Assembly (NCBI GenBank): GCA_963662285.2
Contig: CAXXMV010000002.1
Location: 1,784,150 to 1,848,149, forward strand
Reading direction: 5' to 3'
Origin: a bacterium
GTDB taxonomy: Bacteria; Hinthialibacterota; Hinthialibacteria; Hinthialibacterales; Hinthialibacteraceae
Length of the DNA stretch: 64,000 bases
The position numbers and the translations under genes were made by a program. The number at the start of each line of letters is the position of its first letter. Within the stretch, counting starts at the first letter, position 1. The notes beneath the pieces were generated by a model that did no database searches, was not told where the DNA came from, and worked only from the letters and a program-made list of their open reading frames with translations. This document shows positions 50,114 to 59,514 of this stretch, piece by piece.

Positions 50114-51607
50114 CTAATATATTTCCCAACCTGCAACGGCTGATGGTTCGCCAATTTGGAATTCAATGCCGTTAATTGTCCATAATCCATCTGAAAGAGT
50201 CTCCAGTGGTTCGTCGAAATAGAATTCAAAACTGCTTGTTCCTGCATCAATGTTATCACTCAGAACGTATCTGTTAGCCGAACTGTCCACGGCCGGGTCA
50301 TATAATGGACTAAGGACTACTAGTAATTGAGTTCCTCCAATAAATGGTTCGGCGAATGACACTTTGACGTAATCATATGTGATTTCATCGATTGTGAGGA
50401 ACTGGCCTTTGATGGTTATTTCAATCTCAAAGGGAATCATGGTGTTGCCCGCGTCGTCTCCTGCGCCAGAGAGTTGCAGTAGCCATTGACCTGGTGACAG
50501 ATTCTCTTTTGGATATACCCAATGCCAGCCGAATTCACGGGATTGTTTTATTTTGTGGAATTCGTCGAAAATATCGACATCGTATTGATGTAGGTAATCG
50601 GGATCGACGCTCGATTCGGTAGTCAATCCTTCCGGCCATAAGCAATTCCATCCGAAATATCCGCCATCCACTTCGATGCCGGAAACAGACGTCCCGTCAG
50701 GATCCTGTTGCTTGATATACTTGACTTGAAGAATAGAGACTTGCTCTTCAGAAGCGACTGGAGTAAATCCTCCTGCGCTGTTACTCATTTCTCCGTCGGA
50801 ATCAATTATCTGCATTGGTTCATCAAATGCAAAGCGCATAACGCCCGTTGGGTAGTCTGAATACTCACCAAGTCCTTGCACCATTAATTCACGGTAAACA
50901 ATTGTAGGTTGGCGTACATCTTCGGTTAGAGTAATATCTTGTGTAGCGGTGATTTCACCTAAGGGTTGGTCGAATTGATCAGTGAGACCTTCAACAACCA
51001 AACGAATGGGATTGAAGCGGGCATCCCAATAGTTATAACCGGTTTCTGAAGTATTAAGCAATCTGGTCCAGTCGACGGTCAATTCCAAAATGTAACTTTT
51101 GTATAGTCCTAATTTAAAATCGTCATCTTTTCCACAGGCGTTGGTTCCAAGGAAGATGATTCCTTTTTTTTCTGGATTTAACTCACCACCAGGAACCAGA
51201 GGCAGCATTTCTTCAGGAGTAGAATTATCCCATTTTCCGCTGATTTGACCCAAGCATCCTTCGCCATAAGGATCGTCGTTATTGTTATCAGGTACAATGA
51301 TTACGAATTCCGCATTATCCGGTTTGACTGATTTACTGAAAATCGCTATGAATTGTTCAACGGATTCATTTGCGCCGTCAATGTCCCGGCTGAAATCTCC
51401 ATCGTTGTACCAGATCAGACTTGTGGTTGCTGCTTGTTGAGCATTACCCAATGTTTGATGGCTGCTTGTTTTGCTATGTTGCTCATGGAATATATCATCG
51501 AAACCGACTTCCTCGGCTGCATGAGAATATATTCCGAGTCCCAATACGATGGCGGCTAGAAATAAAAGCATACATGTTTTTCTAACCAGTTTTTCTGTTT
51601 TCTTCAT
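50114..51607 (-). CDS. Secreted acidic beta-rich hypothetical protein with C-terminal tag
   Basis: AGGAG RBS, signal peptide, His-containing N-terminus (FHEQHSKTSSH), ends SAVAGWEIY. Confidence 0.8.
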   Translation of the reverse strand: MKKTEKLVRKTCMLLFLAAIVLGLGIYSHAAEEVGFDDIFHEQHSKTSSHQTLGNAQQAATTSLIWYNDGDFSRDIDGANESVEQFIAIFSKSVKPDNAEFVIIVPDNNNDDPYGEGCLGQISGKWDNSTPEEMLPLVPGGELNPEKKGIIFLGTNACGKDDDFKLGLYKSYILELTVDWTRLLNTSETGYNYWDARFNPIRLVVEGLTDQFDQPLGEITATQDITLTEDVRQPTIVYRELMVQGLGEYSDYPTGVMRFAFDEPMQIIDSDGEMSNSAGGFTPVASEEQVSILQVKYIKQQDPDGTSVSGIEVDGGYFGWNCLWPEGLTTESSVDPDYLHQYDVDIFDEFHKIKQSREFGWHWVYPKENLSPGQWLLQLSGAGDDAGNTMIPFEIEITIKGQFLTIDEITYDYVKVSFAEPFIGGTQLLVVLSPLYDPAVDSSANRYVLSDNIDAGTSSFEFYFDEPLETLSDGLWTINGIEFQIGEPSAVAGWEIY

Positions 51608-51720
51608 TTTAATTCTCCTATATTGATTAGGTTATTTTGCCAGCAATATGCTAAACAAAATTGAATACTGCTATTGATACTGCGTTGGGGATTCAGGGGA
51701 TAATAATTCCAAGGATATTT

Positions 51721-52308
51721 TCATGGTCCCCACAGAACGATGTCGCCATAAGAGACGATGCCATTGGTTACGTCATATGGAAAAGCATCATTTCGTTCCT
51801 TGTTTGGGCCATGACTCCTGATATTCCATTTGTAATTGGAGAAAGATACATTAAACTTGATGGAATTGAAGAAAATCCATTGATCTAATAGTAATCCCTC
51901 TTCATCTGTTGCTGCGGTGTAGCGGTAGTAGAGATCTGGTGACTTGGTTCTATTGCACAAGCATTCAGAAAAATCCTCTAAATCTCCTGGAGCGAAGGGA
52001 TCATAAGGACAGAGTGATAAAAATGAAATTGGAGTAGTTAATTCATGAAGTCGTGGATTGTGAGGTACATTGCCGCTATGAGGATACATGTTGTAATCCA
52101 TATGATAGGATTCCAATGCATGTCTTTGGGAATGTAGTTCCTCTTTTACCCGCGCTATCTTGGCCCGGATTTGTGCTCCATAAAAATTTGGTACAGCAAT
52201 AGCTGCAAGAATTCCAATAATTGCAACAACGATTAGTAACTCAATCAATGTAAATCCATGTTGATATAAAGGATGATCTTTTGATGAATGATTTGTAGTG
52301 TTTATCAT
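51721..52308 (-). CDS. GspG-like pseudopilin / type IV pilin-like protein
   Basis: G|FTLIELLIVVAIIGILAAIAVPNF prepilin site; LESYHMDYNMYP; SHGP; YDVTNG..SYGDI. Confidence 0.9.
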   Translation of the reverse strand: MINTTNHSSKDHPLYQHGFTLIELLIVVAIIGILAAIAVPNFYGAQIRAKIARVKEELHSQRHALESYHMDYNMYPHSGNVPHNPRLHELTTPISFLSLCPYDPFAPGDLEDFSECLCNRTKSPDLYYRYTAATDEEGLLLDQWIFFNSIKFNVSFSNYKWNIRSHGPNKERNDAFPYDVTNGIVSYGDIVLWGP

Positions 52309-52350
52309 CGTATTGGTCTTTCGGTTTTGTAGCGTTGAAATATAAGAATG

Positions 52351-53082
52351 TTATTTGATATTCTTGAGTAGTTCTCTGAATGATTTCCTCAACATGTTCG
52401 CCGATTCTTTCAAATTACTAGTATTCTTTTCTTGGACTGCATTCTCCATATTGTTTAAAGCTTTTCTTGCGCGTTGAATCAAAAAAGTTCTTTTCTGATT
52501 TTCTTTTTCTTCCAAACCTTTGGACATAGTCTCAAGAAGGCTTAAAATATTAGAAGCTCGATTGATTGAGTCAGAACCTGTCGCCCATTGCTCATCAGAA
52601 TACTTTGTGGCTGGCTGGCTATGGCGTCCCATGTGCATGGCGGGATGAAATGCTTCATGAAAAATCCAAAGGAAATCGTTAGAACAAATGTATCCTTTGG
52701 ATAATCGCATTCCTGCTAATTGGAGCCGCAATAATTCGAGTGATTCATGAACTCTATGAACCTCATACTTGGTACTAACGTGCGAAGAAATTTTCTGCAT
52801 GTAATCAGATAATTTCTTGATCTCCTTATACGAAAAAACCGGATTCTTTTTTCCCTTGATCTCAACCAGGGCATCGGCCATATTTTTTTCAATATCTTTG
52901 AGAGCGTTAAGTACTTTTGGTTTATCTGTTACCGGAACGCCGCAACCTGTAGAGAGAATTGCCGTCTGTAATGGTTCATTTAATGAACACAGAGGAACGC
53001 ATTCTGTTGCGTATGTATTTATGGTGAATATAGAGAAACTCAATAAACTTAATAAACTTGATAAAAAACTATTCGGCAGCAT
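52351..53082 (-). CDS. Exported helical His/Cys-containing hypothetical protein
   Basis: Signal peptide; HRVHES and FHEAFHPAMHMGRH. Confidence 0.7.
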   Translation of the reverse strand: MLPNSFLSSLLSLLSFSIFTINTYATECVPLCSLNEPLQTAILSTGCGVPVTDKPKVLNALKDIEKNMADALVEIKGKKNPVFSYKEIKKLSDYMQKISSHVSTKYEVHRVHESLELLRLQLAGMRLSKGYICSNDFLWIFHEAFHPAMHMGRHSQPATKYSDEQWATGSDSINRASNILSLLETMSKGLEEKENQKRTFLIQRARKALNNMENAVQEKNTSNLKESANMLRKSFRELLKNIK

Positions 53083-53110
53083 ATTTTTAAGCCTTTCAAA
53101 TTGCCTTATA

Positions 53111-53170
53111 ATCCAGAAGAGTTCTAACCTTAGATGATTGAAAACGAAAATACATAGAACTCTTCTGGAT
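53111..53170. promoter_or_regulatory. Perfect 16-bp inverted repeat inside the putative operon
   Basis: atccagaagagttcta-N28-tagaactcttctggat. Confidence 0.6.
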
Positions 53171-53198
53171 ATTTAGTGGCATATACTGAATTTCTAAT

Positions 53199-54095
53199 TT
53201 ATTTGGTATTCGTAATATCCCCAGCGGTTTCCACCAACCACTGAACCAAATTGGGATCGGGTAGAAAAGCGCGTTCGGAGAAGACTACATCTAGTTTGCT
53301 TAATGCTTTTCCCATGTGTTTTCCCGATTGTTTAATTACCCGGTCATGGATACTTTTCGGGGAAAGCGAGACGTACAAACCGATTACCAGAACCCGTTTT
53401 TTATAGTCCGATGCATGGTTGATGGTTGGGACGCCTTGGTTTGCATAACTTTGGCCAACCTCTACAAATGACCAGTCAGCGTATTCGATGCCCGTTTTGG
53501 CGCAGATGTAGTTAGCCGTGCGCCGCGCCAGGTTTTCCCAGGTTCCCTGGATGCCGTGGTCGCCGTGCAGCAGAATAACGACCGCTTCTTCTTCAGGGTT
53601 GGTTGATATCTCTTTGACTCTCTGTACCGCCGATTTCAGCAACAGGTCGCCTTCCGACAGGGGCGGTCCCATAACGATGGGCACGGTATCCGGGGCGATT
53701 TCGGCGCCTTCTTCTTTCAGTACTTCCAGGATTGATTTACTGGCGTACTGACCCAGGACGGCTGGGATATCGAAGATTACGTGAGAGGAATGAGTGATGA
53801 ATAGCGGCATTGCCGTAATTTTTTTGCATCCGGCGTCGATCAGTTCTTTTACTCCGGTCGCCGCTGAAGGTTCCTTGAATTCCAGGTTGACCACTTTGGA
53901 TGCTATGAATGGCGTTTCATTATTTTTGATATACTCATCAATCCCGTTTTGCAGTTGCGTCATGGGTTGATTCCATGAGGGGCTGGGTGAGCCATGCACT
54001 ACAACCAAAAGTCCGGCGTTTCCGCCATCGGCCATTGCGGTGATAGAACAAAGGCATAAAATGCCAATTGTCATAATACTGAGCGTCTTCTTCAT
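53199..54095 (-). CDS. CbiX/SirB-like class II chelatase with export signal peptide
   Basis: MKKTLSIMTIGILCLCSITAMA; VVVHGS, LEFKEPS, PLFITHSSH, LLHGD, PDPNLVQW. Confidence 0.8.
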   Translation of the reverse strand: MKKTLSIMTIGILCLCSITAMADGGNAGLLVVVHGSPSPSWNQPMTQLQNGIDEYIKNNETPFIASKVVNLEFKEPSAATGVKELIDAGCKKITAMPLFITHSSHVIFDIPAVLGQYASKSILEVLKEEGAEIAPDTVPIVMGPPLSEGDLLLKSAVQRVKEISTNPEEEAVVILLHGDHGIQGTWENLARRTANYICAKTGIEYADWSFVEVGQSYANQGVPTINHASDYKKRVLVIGLYVSLSPKSIHDRVIKQSGKHMGKALSKLDVVFSERAFLPDPNLVQWLVETAGDITNTK

Positions 54096-54152
54096 TTGTT
54101 GGTCTCTACTTTCGTGTTTTGATATTTATAAAACGTGCTGCGTATTCGTGAA

Positions 54153-54749
54153 TTAATTCCAACCTCCAGTCATGCCCCCGCCTTCATAACGGATAATATC
54201 TCCAGATGAAAATAGTCCATTTGTAGCAAGGTAATAATTGTGGCCGCCATTGAAATGGTGATCGGGGCCGCGGCTTTTAAGGACGTATCCTTTACTGCTC
54301 ATATTGAAATTCACTTGTGAGAAGGCTTTGAAACTGGTGTAATCGTAAGGCCAGTAGCCAGTTTCACGATCCGCTCCGTCATACATAATTCCACTGCATA
54401 TTCCCGGCGAAAAAATATCCTGGGGAATGCCGCCCATGTATGAACAAGGCGTGGTTATCACTTTTAGTTCATACCGATTCTGTTCCCAACTGCCATACTC
54501 TTTAACTGGCGGAGGGGAAGAGTTAGTTTCCCAGCGGCATAAGTAAAAGTAGGGGTAGTTGTTGTTATCCACCCGGTATAGTTCCATGGCGGCGCAAATA
54601 TTGGTCAGGTCGGCTTGCGCCCGCGCCACCTTGGATCTGATCTGCGCGGATAGAAAATTGGGTATGGCGATTGACGCCAGTATGCCGATAATCGCCACCA
54701 CAATCAGTAACTCGATTAGTGTAAAACCTTTGGGGTATTTACGGTTCAT
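54153..54749 (-). CDS. GspG-like pseudopilin / type IV pilin-like protein
   Basis: KG|FTLIELLIVVAIIGILASIAIPNF; MELYRVDNNNYP; SRGPD; TNGLFSSGDI. Confidence 0.9.
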   Translation of the reverse strand: MNRKYPKGFTLIELLIVVAIIGILASIAIPNFLSAQIRSKVARAQADLTNICAAMELYRVDNNNYPYFYLCRWETNSSPPPVKEYGSWEQNRYELKVITTPCSYMGGIPQDIFSPGICSGIMYDGADRETGYWPYDYTSFKAFSQVNFNMSSKGYVLKSRGPDHHFNGGHNYYLATNGLFSSGDIIRYEGGGMTGGWN

Positions 54750-54773
54750 AATACTTTTCCTTACGATGGAATT

Positions 54774-56099
54774 TTAGTAAATCGACCAGTCATATACGGG
54801 TGTGGTTTCGTTCCCGGCGACCATCATCCGACTGAACCAAACCGCCCCGCCATCGCTGTAATTGGAATCGCCTGACTGTATTTTTAATACCAGATTATTA
54901 GGAGCATCATGCCAGACGTTACCTTCTTCATTGGCTTGATCTCCATCTACTGATACTGTTAATTTATCAAGCGTCTTGTTGAAGATAATTCTATGCCACC
55001 CCTGCGAACGGGCAGTTTCATGTGATTGGCCATGTCCCGTGAGATGAGTCGCGGCGTAGTAATTAGTTGATACGTTATTCATCAGGATCGAATACATCTG
55101 GACGCGAAGGTATTCCTCGGGATTATTAGCGTTGTAAAGCGCTACGATATTTTTGTATCGTCCTGTCTCGTAATATGGATCCCAAAACCAGAGTTCTATC
55201 GTTCCTTGTTCAACATTCCAGGGAGTGCTTAATTCCATATCTGATGCAGTGAAACGGCTAGCCTGAGTTGTTTGGGGAAGCGGGATAAACATGTCGTCTA
55301 TGGCGTTGTTAAATTCAATATCCGTTCCTGTTGAAGCCGTAAGCCAATCTGGAATGGTATCCATTGTTGAAGAGAACATTTTGGGCATGACGCTGATATC
55401 GTCCCACTGCATGATTTGAGCATCGCCGCCGCGGGTGAGATACCAGCCTGAACGGCATAGTAGTTCTATATGAGCTAAAGGCGTTGTCACTTCGTTGTCT
55501 GCGAAACTTCCATTTACGCTGACCGTAGCTATACCGTTGTCCAATAAAAACGAGGCTTGGTTCCATGATTGGGTGACGCGGGGAATACTTTCGGAAGAGA
55601 TGATATCTGTACCAAAGTAAACGCCCATAGCGTTGGCATCTGAGGGATTGCAAACATAATATGTATTGATTAGGTCGCTGCCGTGGCCGGTTTTTTGGCC
55701 TTTTAAGTCAACTGTCAAAAAATCTGCAGGCCATCCTTTAAATGATTCATCATCTTCTTTCGAGCGTAGTCGAATAGAATTTGAGTTTGGGCCATTATAT
55801 CCATCATCCTTGAACCAGATGGTGACAATTCCTTCGGCTATTCCCAGTTCCCGGTATGCGCCATCCCAGGATTGATCAAGATAAACTGATGTCGTGTTAT
55901 TGAATCCAGCGTTATCAACGGTCTGCTCAAATTTTTGGGTTAATCCATAATCCGATCCCCGGTCTATACCTGTAAAACCGAAGAGAGGCGCGCCATCTTC
56001 AAAATCCTCGATCCAACCTTGAGCGGAAATATTTGTTGTCAGTACCAGAACGGTAATGATAAAATAAGTCGTTCGTAGTAAATGCAGTTGAATGTTCAT
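54774..56099 (-). CDS. Secreted protein with two LamG/ConA-like domains and C-terminal tag
   Basis: AAGGAG RBS, signal peptide; GIVTIWFKD/GTIELWFWD and SWNQ/GWHR paired repeats; ends TPVYDWSIY. Confidence 0.78.
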   Translation of the reverse strand: MNIQLHLLRTTYFIITVLVLTTNISAQGWIEDFEDGAPLFGFTGIDRGSDYGLTQKFEQTVDNAGFNNTTSVYLDQSWDGAYRELGIAEGIVTIWFKDDGYNGPNSNSIRLRSKEDDESFKGWPADFLTVDLKGQKTGHGSDLINTYYVCNPSDANAMGVYFGTDIISSESIPRVTQSWNQASFLLDNGIATVSVNGSFADNEVTTPLAHIELLCRSGWYLTRGGDAQIMQWDDISVMPKMFSSTMDTIPDWLTASTGTDIEFNNAIDDMFIPLPQTTQASRFTASDMELSTPWNVEQGTIELWFWDPYYETGRYKNIVALYNANNPEEYLRVQMYSILMNNVSTNYYAATHLTGHGQSHETARSQGWHRIIFNKTLDKLTVSVDGDQANEEGNVWHDAPNNLVLKIQSGDSNYSDGGAVWFSRMMVAGNETTPVYDWSIY

Positions 56100-56164
56100 T
56101 TTGTTCTCCTTCTTTAATAGTATTTTTGCTGTCTTTGTGATTGCTATACAATCTTATGTTATGC

Positions 56165-56192
56165 ATACTAAACAAAAGACAAGAAAAGTCAA
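56165..56192 (-). promoter_or_regulatory. Putative sigma70 promoter of the 56099-50114 gene string
   Basis: TTGACT-N16-TAGTAT on the minus strand, ~65 bp upstream of the start. Confidence 0.45.
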
Positions 56193-56645
56193 TATATATT
56201 GGCAAGAAAATCATAAATTTATTATAAAAATTATTTGATTGATTGATAAATCTAATAATTTACAGATTTTGGATGTATTTTGTGATGGAAATCAATTATT
56301 AAGTATGTAATCAAATCGGGTACAATAATGATTAAGATGTTTAAATTTTTTGATGCGGCTAAGCTGTCATTCAATTGATTGGAAATCATTTAATTGTCAA
56401 GAGAAGATAATAAGCAAAATATTCTGCTGGAAATTGAAGGTTCATTGATTTTACCTTTCCGTCATTGGCATATGGTTTTTATTTGAATGTATTTATAATA
56501 AAGAAGATGGATTTTATTGCATTTATCTGATTTTTAAGATCATTGGGCGGTTTGAGCGAAAACTAAATAAGTTAAATATTGAAATCAATTTTGTTTCTGA
56601 AGAAGCACTTTTAGGGTAAATAATAAAGATCAAAGGGATATCTAA

Positions 56646-57692
56646 ATGATTGCAGATGGTAGTGGATTTGACGAACATGATGATCAGGAAAATACGCTCT
56701 CCCAACTCTCTATTGCTGTAATGGCTGCCAAAGTATTAGAGCGAAGTAGAGAAGATGGCGTTCCTATGAATGAACTCTCTCTTGATACCCAGGGAGGCAA
56801 GATTCGTGCGGTAACTCAACGGGAGAAGAAGGCTTCAGATGAATTGCGCCGGCAGGAATTAGTCAAAAAATTACGGCAAAGAACCGTTCGAGGTGACAAT
56901 AGTCTCTCGGATGATGTAACGAATCGGTTGAAGCGTTGTCAGGAATGGATAGATTATATCAGCCGCTTCTCTTCAGCCTCTGAAAAAGATCTGGTTACGA
57001 TTCGCCGAAATTTAGAAGGCATGAATAATCGCGCCTCTAGTCTGATAAAAGAAGTAACCGTGTTGGAGATGGCGATCCAGCGTAAGAAAGAAGAAGACCC
57101 CATAATCTCTAAGGTTGAAAACGCTTCCCGTGAAATTATGGAAGCTATGAAAAATAAAGATTTAGAGAAGGTTGCCGAACTTCGGCTGTTTTGCGAACAA
57201 AATATTCCGGCTTATAATTCACGTAAAAAACGCCTTAAACCTTATTTGAATCAGGCCAGACAAGCCCGGCTGAAATTTCTAACGGAAAAACGACAGGTTA
57301 TGCGTATGCAGTTCGATACTGGCGGCCAGGTTGTTGAATTGCTTGCTAATGACTTATCGACTGGAAAATTTTCTCAATTTGATCAAGAAGCTTTACAATA
57401 TGTCACGGAATTGATTCATTCTCTCCGATCTTTGAGGTCTAGCGGAAAAGTGAAAATGGACATACTCGCCAGGCCGATTGGCAATGTCGCTCTTTCCTTT
57501 ATTAAAGATATTGAAACAGAAATGAGAGATGTTGATGATACCATTCTTCTTATGTTAGAAGAAAAAATAGACGCATTGATGGCTGCTATAGGCATTGCTT
57601 TAAGGCAATTGCGTGAACAGGGTGAACAAGGATCGCGTAAGGAAAAAGATGAAAAGCGAATGGCTTTTCAACAAAAAAAAGATAGTAAATAA
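56646..57692 (+). CDS. Coiled-coil hypothetical protein
   Basis: 348-aa charged helical ORF with no recognised motif. Confidence 0.7.
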   Translation: MIADGSGFDEHDDQENTLSQLSIAVMAAKVLERSREDGVPMNELSLDTQGGKIRAVTQREKKASDELRRQELVKKLRQRTVRGDNSLSDDVTNRLKRCQEWIDYISRFSSASEKDLVTIRRNLEGMNNRASSLIKEVTVLEMAIQRKKEEDPIISKVENASREIMEAMKNKDLEKVAELRLFCEQNIPAYNSRKKRLKPYLNQARQARLKFLTEKRQVMRMQFDTGGQVVELLANDLSTGKFSQFDQEALQYVTELIHSLRSLRSSGKVKMDILARPIGNVALSFIKDIETEMRDVDDTILLMLEEKIDALMAAIGIALRQLREQGEQGSRKEKDEKRMAFQQKKDSK

Positions 57693-57768
57693 GATTTTGA
57701 TATTATCGTTATAAGAAATTCATTCTTAATGATTTCTTCATGTTTATATATAGCAGCGGGGTATTATA

Positions 57769-59514
57769 GTGACGGCAGATGTTCATTCTGGACAAAATGG
57801 CTTATCCTCAGAAACTGAATCGTTACAACAGGCAATTCAATATATTTTAGATGGTACGCAGGAGTTAGCAGGATCATTATCTTCTGATGACAAGGTAGCA
57901 TCGTTGCGGGCGGAATTATTGGAATGCAGTAGATTCGCTGGCCGCATAATGGATTGGTGCGGGAAAATTCCCGCTCTACGCGTCAAAGAAGCCCTCTTGT
58001 CATTGATCAGAAAATTACAACTTGAAATTAAAACCGCTATTCAAGAAAAACGTTTTATTCCTCCTCAGAATAAATCAGATGCTTGTGATTACGCTATGCC
58101 TTTCATGCGGAAGGCGTTAATTGAATTGGGATTTGGAATTCAGATCAGTAATGATCGAATGGCCGCATTTATTTCTATTCCTTCAGATTTTGCCTCCTTG
58201 TTGTCTGCTGAAGATATCAAACAAGGCTTGAAACAGCAAGGCGTTATTTATGGGATTGATGAATCGATCATCCATGCTATTTTTGAAAATAAGAATTTTG
58301 ATTGTTTAGTTCGCGTTGCTGTAGGAAAAGATCCAGAGATTGGAGAAAATGCCCGTCTGGAAGATCCGCTTAATCTCTTAAAATATTCAAGTCATCTTTT
58401 CAATAGTCAAAACAGTAAGACCAGCCGCAAAAGCAGTAATTTGTTTAAACCGGTCGCTGTAGGTGATTTGATACTCAAAAAAATACCTGCCAGTCAAGGC
58501 GCTGCCGGATGTGATGTTTTTGGCGGAAAAATAGAATGTCCTGCTGGTATGGATGTAAAGATGCCAAGCATTAAAAATTGTCAAAAAGATGAATCAGGTC
58601 TGAGGTTATTGTCAAAAGTTGATGGATGCGCTTATGCCGAAAAAGATATAATATTCGTTACCCAAGCCTTAACTATTAAAGGAAATGTCGATTTAGAGAC
58701 AGGCAATATTGACTCCAAGGTATCAGTCATAGTGCGTGGAGATGTTTTGTCTGATTTCAGTATAAGTTCCGGCCAGGATGTTGCCGTCAACGGCGTCATT
58801 GAAGGCGCCGAAATTCGTGCTGGCAAATCGGTATTTTGTAAAAGAGGGATTAATGGTAAAGAAAAATCTGTTATTAATGCGGGAAAGAATGTTGAATGCG
58901 CCCACATTAACAGCGCTGAAGTCTATGCCGGCAACGATGTGATAAGCTCCGGACCAATTATAAAATCTAAAGTTGCAGGAATAAGAGTTAGAGCCAAGGG
59001 CGCTAATGGGCAGATTATGGGGGGGTGCATCAATGCCTGGGAAGATGTATGCGCCCTGGAAATCGGTTCGGAAATGGGCGTAAAGACCGAAGTGATCCTC
59101 GGCGCGGAATTGCATAATTTGCAAGACCGGGTATATAAATTTGTTGAAGAACTAAAATCAAAAAAGAAACAAAAAAAACTAGCCCTACAGACCATGAATA
59201 CGTTAAAAAATTCTGGCGGCGACCAAGAGAAAATAAAACAAGCGGTTAATGTTTTACAACGGTTAAATCAAATTGTTCTGAAAATGCAGAACAAACTGGA
59301 TAATGCAAAGCGCGATTTATCTTATAGCGAAACCTGCATCCGAATGGTTCGTGCGGAAAAAGGTATTTATGAGGGCGTTGCCATTCGGATAATGGATAAG
59401 ACGCTTGTTGTTAAGAAGCCTTTAGGTCCCACTAATGTGGTATATTCGAATGGCAAATTGTTGACTCTCCCTTATAAGGAAAGAGTATTCGGTGAAGAAG
59501 AGGGAGAGGGATGA
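57769..59514 (+). CDS. DUF342/FapA family protein
   Basis: ISNDRMAA, GVIYGID, VAVGKDP, GNVDLETGNID, GDV, GGCI, GSEMGVKT, coiled coil, IYEGV. Confidence 0.85.
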   Translation: MTADVHSGQNGLSSETESLQQAIQYILDGTQELAGSLSSDDKVASLRAELLECSRFAGRIMDWCGKIPALRVKEALLSLIRKLQLEIKTAIQEKRFIPPQNKSDACDYAMPFMRKALIELGFGIQISNDRMAAFISIPSDFASLLSAEDIKQGLKQQGVIYGIDESIIHAIFENKNFDCLVRVAVGKDPEIGENARLEDPLNLLKYSSHLFNSQNSKTSRKSSNLFKPVAVGDLILKKIPASQGAAGCDVFGGKIECPAGMDVKMPSIKNCQKDESGLRLLSKVDGCAYAEKDIIFVTQALTIKGNVDLETGNIDSKVSVIVRGDVLSDFSISSGQDVAVNGVIEGAEIRAGKSVFCKRGINGKEKSVINAGKNVECAHINSAEVYAGNDVISSGPIIKSKVAGIRVRAKGANGQIMGGCINAWEDVCALEIGSEMGVKTEVILGAELHNLQDRVYKFVEELKSKKKQKKLALQTMNTLKNSGGDQEKIKQAVNVLQRLNQIVLKMQNKLDNAKRDLSYSETCIRMVRAEKGIYEGVAIRIMDKTLVVKKPLGPTNVVYSNGKLLTLPYKERVFGEEEGEG

